Shown here: piece by piece, positions 21,011 through 29,536 of the stretch | Layout: every line of letters starts with the position of its first letter | Position numbering within the stretch: position 1 is the first letter of the stretch | Assembly: GCA_963733195.1 (NCBI GenBank) | Contig: CAVTCR010000062.1 | Coordinates: 224,001-288,000, forward strand | Reading direction: 5' to 3' | DNA: 64,000 nt | From: an uncultured delta proteobacterium | Lineage (GTDB): Bacteria > Desulfobacterota > Binatia > Bin18 | Notes under the pieces: model-generated | What the model was told of the DNA's origin: nothing | What the model saw: the letters and a program-made list of their open reading frames with translations, nothing else | The model's database searches: none | Made by a program: the position numbers and the translations under genes

Positions 21011-22570
21011 ATGAACACTGCGAATTTTTTGAGCATTCCTGGCATGATGTTTCCGGATCAGGAACTCATCGTCTTTGAAGGAACCCGCCTGACCTATGCC
21101 TCAGTGCTGGAGCGCGTGCGGCGACTGGCAACGAGCCTGCAAAAGCTCGGGGTGAAACCAGGCGACCGCGTGGCGGCGCTACAGACCAACTCAAACCAAT
21201 TTATTGAGACCTATTATGCCACTGCAACTCTGGGCGCGACCTTCGTGCCGCTCAATTATCGCGCTAAACAGCCGGAAATTGAGTACATGGTCACCGCGGC
21301 TGATGTAAAGGTCCTCTTTGTCGGCTCACGGTATGTAGACCAAATTAAACAACTCCAGCCCAAATTCACCAGCGTGACGCATTATGTGGCGATGGAAGGA
21401 TCGTCACCCGGAATGTTGGATTTTGAGAGACTTGGTTGCAGAAAGGTTCACCGGACATCGACGATGCTGAGGTGGACGAGAGTGACGTAACGATTCTCAT
21501 GTACACCAGTGGTACAACCTCGTTGCCCAAAGGTGTGATGCTTACCTACGGCGACTTCACCAACTACGTCGTCGGCACGGTCGAGATGGCCGATGGCACC
21601 GACCGTGGGACTTCGCTCTTGTGCGCCCCGCTCTATCACATCGCTGGCACGGCCAACATCATGACCGCGATCTGGGCAGGCCGTAAGATCGTCGTCCTAA
21701 AACAGTTTGAACCTAGGGAATGGCTGGAAGCTGTCCACAAAGAGAAGATCACTCACGCCTTCGTCGTGCCAACGATGATGAAGCAACTCATCGATCACCC
21801 CGAGTTCTCGAAGTTTGATATGTCGAGCTTGCAAAATCTGTCCTATGGTGGCGCACCGATGCCGTTCCCGGTAATCCGCAAAGCCATTGAGGTCTTCCCA
21901 AAAGGAACAGGTTTCGTCAACGCATTCGGACAAACCGAAACGACTTCAACCCTGACCGTCCTTGGCCCAGCCGATCATCGCCTCGACGGCCCCCAGGCTG
22001 AAGTCGAGCGTAATCTCAAACGTCTAACTTCGGTTGGCTTACCCCTTCCTGATGTCGAAGTACAAGTGCTCGACGACGATAATAAACCCCTTCCTGCCAA
22101 TGAAATCGGTGAAGTCGTTATTCGTACCCCGCGCGTCATGAAAGGCTATGCTGGCCAGGAAAGCGCGACAGCCGCCCTGCTGGATGCTGACGGCTGGCTG
22201 CATACGCGTGACATGGGTTATCTCGATGAAGATGGCTATGTCTATCTCGTTGGTCGCAAAGACGACATCATCATCCGTGGTGGTGAGAACATTGCACCGG
22301 CAGAAATCGAAGCGGTGCTTGCACGCGCATCCGTCAGTTGATGAAGCCGCAGTGATCGGTGTCCCTGATGTTGACTGGGGACAAAAGATCGCTGCGTTTG
22401 TCGCTTTACGTCCCGGAAAAACGGCGTCGAATGATGAACTTGCGGATTTCTGCCGTCAACGACTGGCGAGTTTTAAGAAGCCTGAGATCATTCGCTTTGT
22501 TGACGCGCTACCGAAGAACCCATTGGGCAAAATCCTGAAGAAGGAACTGAAAGCTCAGTTTACCGAATAG
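21011..22570 (+). CDS. AMP-dependent acyl-CoA ligase (two frameshifts)
   Basis: YTSGTTSLPKG, FGQTE, GWLHTRDMG, RKDDIIIRGGENI, LPKNPLGK; ORFs 21011, 21436, 22148. Confidence 0.9.
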
Positions 22571-22613
22571 CAACCGTAGGGGCGCCGCCTACCGTGCCCC
22601 TATAGACATTTTG

Positions 22614-23390
22614 ATGCCCGCCCTTACCTACGAAAAACGCGGCAACGTTGCTTGGATTCAGCTCTGCCGTCCTGAAGCTGGGAATAAACTTACTCCCACG
22701 ATGGCAGAAGAGCTGACTACTTGCTGCCAAACCGTCGAAGAGGACGATGAGCTAGTACTTGCTGTGCTCACTGGCAGCGGAAGTGCTTTTTGTCTCGGCC
22801 TTGAATATCCTGCGGATAAAACAGGAACCGCAGCAGCCCAAGTCATTCAAGCACAATTTGGTGAGCTGCGGTGTGTTGAAGCGATCGCAGCGATCACCAA
22901 ACCGACACTGGCGGCACTCAACGGTGACGCGCTTGGTATCGGCTTAGAACTGGCCCTTGCCTGTGATTTGCGACTTGCTATCGAAGGTTTCCATTTTGGC
23001 TTTCCGCAAGTCACGCAAGGATTAATGCCGTTCGGCGGCGGTACGCAACGTTTGCCCCGGTTGGTCGGTCAGGCCAAAGCGCTTGAGTTAATTCTCACTG
23101 GCGAAAGCATTGACTCGACAGAAGCACAACGGATCGGGCTCATAACCTCTGTTGTTCCGGCTGCCACTTTCACAACCCGTGTTGATGAGGTAGTACAAAA
23201 TCTGCTAGAGAAAGGTCCCATTGCGCTCCGTCTGGGGAAAGAAGCTGTACACAAAGCGATGGATCTGACCCTTGATCAGGGGCTACGTTTAGAAGAGGAT
23301 CTGTACGCACTGTTGCAAACGACCCAGGACCGCGCTGAGGGAATACAGGCGTTTCTCAGCAAGAAAAAACCAACGTTCACAGGACAATAA
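22614..23390 (+). CDS. Enoyl-CoA hydratase/isomerase family
   Basis: KPTLAALNG, GIGLELALACD, GGGTQRLPRLVG, DRAEGIQAF..KKKPTF; second catalytic Glu position is Gln (FPQV). Confidence 0.88.
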   Translation: MPALTYEKRGNVAWIQLCRPEAGNKLTPTMAEELTTCCQTVEEDDELVLAVLTGSGSAFCLGLEYPADKTGTAAAQVIQAQFGELRCVEAIAAITKPTLAALNGDALGIGLELALACDLRLAIEGFHFGFPQVTQGLMPFGGGTQRLPRLVGQAKALELILTGESIDSTEAQRIGLITSVVPAATFTTRVDEVVQNLLEKGPIALRLGKEAVHKAMDLTLDQGLRLEEDLYALLQTTQDRAEGIQAFLSKKKPTFTGQ

Positions 23391-23413
23391 TCGCTCTTAC
23401 AGGAGGAAATCGC

Positions 23414-23530
23414 ATGGCAAACCAGATCGGCAAAATGTATCTCTGCGAGAAATGCAACTCGCAGGTTATCGTCACCAAAGGCGGTAACGGTACCTTAAAG
23501 TGTTGCGGCGGTGAGATGAAGAAGAAGTAA
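23414..23530 (+). CDS. 38-aa desulforedoxin-like protein (not in ORF track)
   Basis: RBS AGGAGG; MANQIGKMYLCEKCNSQVIVTKGGNGTLKCCGGEMKKK; CxxC-x15-CC as in desulforedoxin. Confidence 0.85.
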   Translation: MANQIGKMYLCEKCNSQVIVTKGGNGTLKCCGGEMKKK

Positions 23531-23571
23531 TCCTCGACTGTTCGCATTAGCTATCAGCCTTCAGACAGTAG

Positions 23572-23594
23572 GGTGGGCATTGCCCACCTTTTCT
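23572..23594 (+). terminator. GTAG-type REP hairpin with T-tract, likely terminator of the cassette
   Basis: GGTGGGCAtTGCCCACC followed by TTTTCT. Confidence 0.55.
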
Positions 23595-23674
23595 GTTTCT
23601 GGCTTGCAGCACCTTTGCACCACAGCTATATTGTGGACTAATAAGGTCCAAGAAAACCAACGAGGATATCGCGC

Positions 23675-23971
23675 ATGCCTGCCCCGATCACTGCCGAAGA
23701 GATTCACTCATTAATTACCCAAGCCATCCCTGATTCGCAGGTGCAGGTGCGTGACACAACCGGCGGCGGTGACCATTACGAAGCACTTGTTGTTTCTTCC
23801 TCGTTTTCTGGCAAGAACAAGGTCAATCGTCACCGTATGGTGTATGGTGCGTTACAAGACGCGATGGTACAGCGTATTCACGCGCTTGCGTTAACCACAC
23901 TGACACCTGAAGAGTTACAACAAGAGCAATCAGCAAGTGTCGTCAACATTCAACCCCGCAAATCCCGCTAA
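23675..23971 (+). CDS. bolA: BolA/IbaG family protein
   Basis: GDHYEALVVS..F.GK..V.RHRMVY.AL...IHALAL. Confidence 0.92.
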   Translation: MPAPITAEEIHSLITQAIPDSQVQVRDTTGGGDHYEALVVSSSFSGKNKVNRHRMVYGALQDAMVQRIHALALTTLTPEELQQEQSASVVNIQPRKSR

Positions 23972-23984
23972 GGAGGAGTCGCCA

Positions 23985-24305
23985 ATGGCAGAAGACGTTC
24001 TCAAAAAGATTGATGAGCAAGTGAAACAGAACAAGATCATGCTGTATATGAAAGGAACACCTGACTTCCCCATGTGCGGATTTTCTGCAGCAACGGTTCA
24101 GGTACTGGATTCGTATAAGGTCCAATATGCCAGCCTGAACGTGCTCGAAGATCCTGCTATTCGTGACGGAATCAAACGCTACGCGAACTGGCCGACGATT
24201 CCGCAGTTGTACATTAATGGTGAGTTTGTTGGTGGCTGCGACATCATCCGCGAAATGCACGCGAAGGGCGAGCTCGAGCCGTTGATTCGTGCGGCGCAGA
24301 GTTAA
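23985..24305 (+). CDS. grxD: Monothiol glutaredoxin Grx4
   Basis: MKGTP..PMCGFS, WPTIPQLYINGEFVGGCDI. Confidence 0.95.
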   Translation: MAEDVLKKIDEQVKQNKIMLYMKGTPDFPMCGFSAATVQVLDSYKVQYASLNVLEDPAIRDGIKRYANWPTIPQLYINGEFVGGCDIIREMHAKGELEPLIRAAQS

Positions 24306-24461
24306 GAGCCATAACACCGTAGCGTGCGCTCTGTGCACGAAGAACTTTCTTTTTTCGTCATGCCTGTGTAGATGGGCATCCAACCTTTCTAGGGGCAGGT
24401 CAGAGTACCTGCCCACCCTTTCCCCTTCCCTCCCACCCGCAAATTGACTACAGTTTGGACT

Positions 24462-25054
24462 ATGAGCACCCAAACCGCTTTTGTCTCGACCGAGACCTTC
24501 ACGCAGAAAGAATTCAAACGCTGGCTTGATGAGCGGCCAAAGTCAGACATCAACCACTACGAGTTACTGCGAGAGAGAATTGTCATGAGTCCACCGGCTG
24601 GCTGGCCACATGGGTCTGTAGAAACCAATATCTCATACACCACTCGGAACTTCACCCGTATCCACGTGGTCTCGGCATCGTGCTTGGCTCCAGTGCAGGA
24701 TACGACTTGCCTTCTGGTGACACTGTCGAACCGGACATTTCCTTCATTTCCGCCGCACGGCTTGCTGCCGGACCAGAACCACAACTAGGGAAATTCCTTC
24801 GCATCGTTCCCAATCTGGTTGTCGAGATTCTCTCGCCCGCAACTGCGCAGAAAGATCGGACGGAAAAAAAAGCAATTTACGAAGAAAACGGCGTGGAAGA
24901 GTATTGGATTGTCGATACCAAGCGCCGAGAGATTACGATGTACAACCTCTCGGGTAAGCGCTTCGGTCGTGGAAAAGTGTACACCGCACGCGATACGGTG
25001 CGCTCGCGAGTATTAGCTGGATTCACGCTTTTAGTGAAGGAAGTGTTCGCATAA
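24462..25054 (+). CDS. Uma2-family endonuclease (frameshifted)
   Basis: YELL..IVMSPP...H; EPDISF, PNLVVEILSP, EKKAIYEENGVEEYWIVD. Confidence 0.85.
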
Positions 25055-25092
25055 TTTGTGAAACATGGCTCGCCACCAATGGCCGCAGCAGT

Positions 25093-26115
25093 CTACCGTG
25101 ACACCGCTACACCCCACGGCAGAGTGCCAGCAGGGATGGTAGTCAGAACCGTGTCCGTTTCTGTGCTAATTACCGCAACGGTATTGGCCCGACCAACAGT
25201 AACGTAGAGTTTCTTTGCATCAGGTGTTAGCGCTACCCACCAGGCACGTTCACCTTCGAGCGGAATCGTCTTGGTGACGGTATTGGTCGCCGTATCAAAC
25301 ACCCGCACTTCTTTTGAGCGTCCATGCGCAACGTAGGCTTTTTTCCCATCCGGCATCACGGCAATCCCCACCGGACGTTCACCCATCTGAATTTTGGCAA
25401 CTTCAGTGTTGGTTTCGGTATCAACAACATGCACTGCCGAGGAACGTTCGCTGCTCACATACAATCGCTTGCCATCGGGTGAGACGGCCACGCCACGTGG
25501 GTTCTCACCGACTTTGATTGACGTGACAACGGTATTGGTTGCCGTATCGATAACATTCACATCATGTGAAGTTTCATTTGGAACATACGCCCGTTTCCCA
25601 TCGGGTGAAAGAATCACTGTCTCTGGCTCAATACCAGTAGTGATTCTTTTGAGAATCTTTTTGTTCTTGATATTGATCACCAGCAATTCACCACCGTTCT
25701 CATTCACCACATAAAGCCGCTTTCCATCTGCGGTGATATCGATGCCTTCAGGATCAATGCCGGCTTTAATCTTGGTCACCACTTTGTTGGTCGTGGCATC
25801 GATCACCGAGACATCATTGGAATTTCCATTCGAGACGTAGACACGTTTATTATCTGGAGAAACGACAATTCCACGTGGACGTTTTCCAACCTTCACCGAT
25901 GTCACCACTTGATCGGTGGCTGCGTCGATCACCGTTACATCGTCAGATTTTTCGTTGGTAACATAGACGAAGGGAGCAGCGAGGACAGATGAAGAAAAGG
26001 CAAAAGGCAGGAAAAAAGTAGCTAATAGCCAGTAGCCAGTAGCCAGCATGAAAACGGAGTAGTCAGTAGTCAGTAGCCAGTAGCCAGCATGTTCTCGATT
26101 ACTCCCTTGCGCCAT
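25093..26115 (-). CDS. YVTN beta-propeller protein (PQQ-catabolism associated type)
   Basis: Repeats of YV.N..S.DV.VID..T..VV..I.VG..P.G....PDG; RBS AGGAG before ATG 26115; start uncertain (alternative 26049). Confidence 0.85.
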   Translation of the reverse strand: MAQGSNREHAGYWLLTTDYSVFMLATGYWLLATFFLPFAFSSSVLAAPFVYVTNEKSDDVTVIDAATDQVVTSVKVGKRPRGIVVSPDNKRVYVSNGNSNDVSVIDATTNKVVTKIKAGIDPEGIDITADGKRLYVVNENGGELLVINIKNKKILKRITTGIEPETVILSPDGKRAYVPNETSHDVNVIDTATNTVVTSIKVGENPRGVAVSPDGKRLYVSSERSSAVHVVDTETNTEVAKIQMGERPVGIAVMPDGKKAYVAHGRSKEVRVFDTATNTVTKTIPLEGERAWWVALTPDAKKLYVTVGRANTVAVISTETDTVLTTIPAGTLPWGVAVSR

Positions 26116-26171
26116 TTGTCTTTTTCTCCTGTCTCTACTGACTACTGAATGCTGACTACTGACTACTTGAT

Positions 26172-26576
26172 TTAGTGCGCCGGAGCGGGCGCCGCACCTC
26201 CGTCTTTGCATTTTGATGCAGAACGCATGTAGGTAATGATCTTCCACAGCATGTCATCCGGCAGGCGGCCTTTAAAGCCGATCATTTCGGTTTTCGGCAC
26301 TCCAACAGACAATGTCTTGAAAACCGCAGCGTCGTCGCTGCCATGTTTCCATTCGCAATCAAACAAGCTGGGACAGCGGCTGCCCGGTCGTGAGGTGGTT
26401 TCGGTGGCATGACAGTAACCGGCACACACGCCTTCAAACATCCCTTTGCCTTCGGCGATTGCCTTCGCATCGCCCGCAAACGGATTCTTGGTCGGAGGAG
26501 TTTGGGCATCAATGGGGGTACTAAGCGTGAGTAAGGCGAACAGGGCGGCACCAACAAGAAGCAACGTTCTCTGCAT
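26172..26576 (-). CDS. Small c-type cytochrome with CX3CH motif
   Basis: Signal peptide; NPFAGD...EGKGMF..CAGYCH...CPSLFDCEWKHG...GVPKTEMIGF...WKIITY. Confidence 0.8.
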   Translation of the reverse strand: MQRTLLLVGAALFALLTLSTPIDAQTPPTKNPFAGDAKAIAEGKGMFEGVCAGYCHATETTSRPGSRCPSLFDCEWKHGSDDAAVFKTLSVGVPKTEMIGFKGRLPDDMLWKIITYMRSASKCKDGGAAPAPAH

Positions 26577-26614
26577 TAGCTGAATATCTCCTGTTTGTTG
26601 TAAACACAGGTGGC

Positions 26615-27475
26615 TTATTTTAGTTTCTGCATCTCAGCGAGGCTGTATGTCGCCGCAAACGGTTTCCGAAACGGAATGCCATACCGCTCCATGAGCGTTT
26701 TCAACGTTCCGTCGGCAGTAAGCTTCGCCAGTGCGGCATCAATCTGGGTACGGAGTTCAGTGTCAGTTTTTCGTGTTGCGACGTGCTCGTTCCAGCAGAT
26801 CGCCGCTGGAGGTTCGTAGCCTGCCGCGAACGTCAATTTCGCTTCCGGGTGATTCCGTAGATGCCAACCAGCTAACGGCCCCCACAGTAAGGCAAGGGAA
26901 GCTTCACCTTTAGTGACTCCTTCTAAAGCAGAGGGCACGGAGAAAAACGTTCGCATCTTCGCCTTGCGCGCATTCAAGGCAAAATTCGCGATCGTTTGCG
27001 CTTGAATGGCAACAAGCGTGTCACCCAACGTATTCAGGTTGTTCTGCGACATTCCCTCGCGCCCGATCAGCTCAAACGCTGCACCATAGTATGGTGCACC
27101 GAGCGCTGCTTTCGGAGCATCTTTGATCGAATCCTCTCCTGGCATGCTAAAGATTGCATCACATTCATTTCTTCCCAGCTTGCGAGTGGGAAAGTCACTT
27201 TCTTCAATTTCCTGAATCTGCGTATAGTTCTTCGTCCACACCGGAACAAACGAGCGATTGAGTACTCCCGCAACTGCCTTCGCAGTATCGAAGTCGAAGC
27301 CGTTGCTTTCTTTCACAGAGGACAGAGGCAGATTGTCTTCGAGGAGACAGACACGAAGTTCGGGTAATGATTCAGCCAGAGCAACGTAAGGTAGACAGAG
27401 ATAGAAATAGAAGAGAAAAGTGCGCAAGGGCGTAGCAATTTTCCAGTGGAAGTGGTGAGTAGAAATGCCGTTCAT
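26615..27475 (-). CDS. XoxJ/MxaJ-like periplasmic substrate-binding protein
   Basis: LRVC...NLPLS...GFD..TAK, CD, APYY, ALLWGPLAGW, LR..ID.AL, YGIP; position between dehydrogenase and cytochrome. Confidence 0.75.
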   Translation of the reverse strand: MNGISTHHFHWKIATPLRTFLFYFYLCLPYVALAESLPELRVCLLEDNLPLSSVKESNGFDFDTAKAVAGVLNRSFVPVWTKNYTQIQEIEESDFPTRKLGRNECDAIFSMPGEDSIKDAPKAALGAPYYGAAFELIGREGMSQNNLNTLGDTLVAIQAQTIANFALNARKAKMRTFFSVPSALEGVTKGEASLALLWGPLAGWHLRNHPEAKLTFAAGYEPPAAICWNEHVATRKTDTELRTQIDAALAKLTADGTLKTLMERYGIPFRKPFAATYSLAEMQKLK

Positions 27476-27545
27476 GCTCTGCGAAACTCCGCCCTGCTTG
27501 TCGACGCTCGGCGGCGAACGGGAGTCACCAGCAGGCAGTTGACAT

Positions 27546-27587
27546 ACCGTTCGCCCGGAGCGTAGTGAGACGAAGTCGAAGGGTGAA
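27546..27587. repeat. REP-like element, CCTGAGC..GTCGAAGGG class
   Basis: CCGTTCGCCCGGAGCGTAG..GAAGTCGAAGGG; related copies near 37936, 43994-44092, 57030-57125, 62600-62682. Confidence 0.6.
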
Positions 27588-27638
27588 TGAGGGACAATAG
27601 CCATCAATTTCTTTCAGTCCAATTCGCATCGTGATGTA

Positions 27639-29351
27639 TTATCGCGGCAAGGCGTAGACGATGACCGCGCTGCCTTTGGTTCCCAGTGGATTCTCGCCGA
27701 CGATAGTCACGGCCAAGCCACCACCACCACTCGGCACGGCCACATACTGCCGTCCACCGACTTTATACGAGGTAGGCTGTCCGCGCACTGGTGAGCCGGT
27801 TTGCGACTTCCACAGGAGTTGTCCAGTCGTATCATTGAAAGCCATCGCATACCCTGTCTGATTACCAGTAAATACCAGCCCACCAGCGGTCGTTAAGGTT
27901 CCACCAACCAAGGGGTAATCATCCTTATAGCGCCACTTGATCGCCCCAGTAGCAGGATCAATCGCCGAGAGATGGCCATACGAAGACTGATCATCCGCTT
28001 GCGTCGCTCCCGGTCCGCCCCCCCAGAACGGGATGCCTTGAATGAAAGTGGACACAGCCTTTTCCATCTTGCCGCAACTTTCAACCACTGGCACGTACAT
28101 GAGCTTTGTTTGTGGACTGTACGCAGCAGTCCATGCTCCATTCTGCCCACCAACGTTTCCTGGGCAGATATATTCCTTATTGCCGCCTTGTACCGGAAGA
28201 TACTTCGGATCGACAATCGGGCGGCCCTTTTCATCAAGTCCTTTGGCCCAGTTGAGTTGCTCAACGTATTGTGACCCGTGGAGATATTTTCCGGAGTTCC
28301 GGTCGAGAACATAGACAAAACCGTTACGATTGGGCTGTGCAAGGGCCGGTACCATTGCCCCACTCCGGTTCACATCAACAAGAAACATACCCGTGTTTCC
28401 GTCGTAATCCCACTCGTCGTGTGGGGTAAACTGAAAGTACCACTTTACCTCACCGTTATCAGGATTCATCGCTAAGACAGAGTTGGTGTAGAGGTTATCG
28501 CCAGCACGAGTATCACCGTTCCAGTCTGGAGATGGATTGCCGGTCGCCCAATAGAGGATGTCGGTTTTGGGGTCATAGGAGCCGGTTACCCAAGCAGGGC
28601 CGCCACCGGTCTTCCATGAATCTCCCGCCCAGGTTTCTACACCCTTTTCACCTTCGCCAGGAATGGTGTAGCGACGCCAAGTGCGTTTGCCGGTTTCTGC
28701 GTCATACGCATCAATCCAACTGCGCACACCGTACTCACCACCAGCGATACCGATGATGACATTGTTCTTGACCACAAGCGGAGCCGCAGTTGAGCTGTAG
28801 CCGACTTTGTAGTCGTCCATTTCTGTGTTCCAGATCACTTTGCCGGTCTTACGATCCAGTGCGACCATACGAGCATCAAGCGTCGCAACAAACACTTTGT
28901 CACCAGACAGTGCTACGCCGCGATTCGTAGGCCCACAGCAAATGCGCAGATCCTCTGGCATTTGGTGAACATATTTCCAGATCGGCTCACCGGTGGCAGC
29001 GTCTAGCGCATACACGTGATTATAGGCAGCGACGATGTACATAATGCCATCGGCGACGATAGGCGCAGTTTCTAGCTGCCCTGGAATACCGGTCTGGAAA
29101 ATCCAGGCAACTTGCAGGTTTTTGACGTTCTTGGTGTTGACGTCTTTGAGTGGGCTGAAGCGCCAGTTCTGGTAATTCCCACCGTACATCAGCCAGGATG
29201 ACGGATCGTCAGTTCCGTTGAGTAAACGTGCAGCCGTAACAGGCTTCAAGTTCCAATCTTTTTTCCCATTCTGGGCCTGCACTGCCAACGGACAGAGCAC
29301 CATGAGTGAAACGAGACTTCCGGCTAATTGCCGCAGCCAGGACTGTTGCAT
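27639..29351 (-). CDS. PQQ-dependent alcohol dehydrogenase (methanol/ethanol family), lanthanide-type motif
   Basis: Signal peptide; vicinal CCG, GGEYG, GNPSP, TPHDEWDYDG, Trp-docking repeats. Confidence 0.9.
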   Translation of the reverse strand: MQQSWLRQLAGSLVSLMVLCPLAVQAQNGKKDWNLKPVTAARLLNGTDDPSSWLMYGGNYQNWRFSPLKDVNTKNVKNLQVAWIFQTGIPGQLETAPIVADGIMYIVAAYNHVYALDAATGEPIWKYVHQMPEDLRICCGPTNRGVALSGDKVFVATLDARMVALDRKTGKVIWNTEMDDYKVGYSSTAAPLVVKNNVIIGIAGGEYGVRSWIDAYDAETGKRTWRRYTIPGEGEKGVETWAGDSWKTGGGPAWVTGSYDPKTDILYWATGNPSPDWNGDTRAGDNLYTNSVLAMNPDNGEVKWYFQFTPHDEWDYDGNTGMFLVDVNRSGAMVPALAQPNRNGFVYVLDRNSGKYLHGSQYVEQLNWAKGLDEKGRPIVDPKYLPVQGGNKEYICPGNVGGQNGAWTAAYSPQTKLMYVPVVESCGKMEKAVSTFIQGIPFWGGGPGATQADDQSSYGHLSAIDPATGAIKWRYKDDYPLVGGTLTTAGGLVFTGNQTGYAMAFNDTTGQLLWKSQTGSPVRGQPTSYKVGGRQYVAVPSGGGGLAVTIVGENPLGTKGSAVIVYALPR

Positions 29352-29536
29352 GGACGCGATCCTCCTTTGTTCGGTTAAATCCTGACCGAACGCGGTCGAA
29401 AAGTACTGCCTTTTATGGAATGGGTCAAGGGAAGCGAAAGGATGAAAGGGTGAAGCGGCGAAAGGGTGAAACGGTGAAAATTTTCGTTTTCGTCTTCCTT
29501 TTCCCCATTTCCCCTTTTACCCGTTTCCCCTGTGTT

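Noticed and set aside
18312-23530. Cys-rich mini-proteins as classical RiPP precursors (ranthipeptide/lanthipeptide) or part of superoxide reductase
   Set aside because: No radical SAM, LanM or YcaO in the cassette and no SOR domain; Cys spacing fits a desulforedoxin metal site
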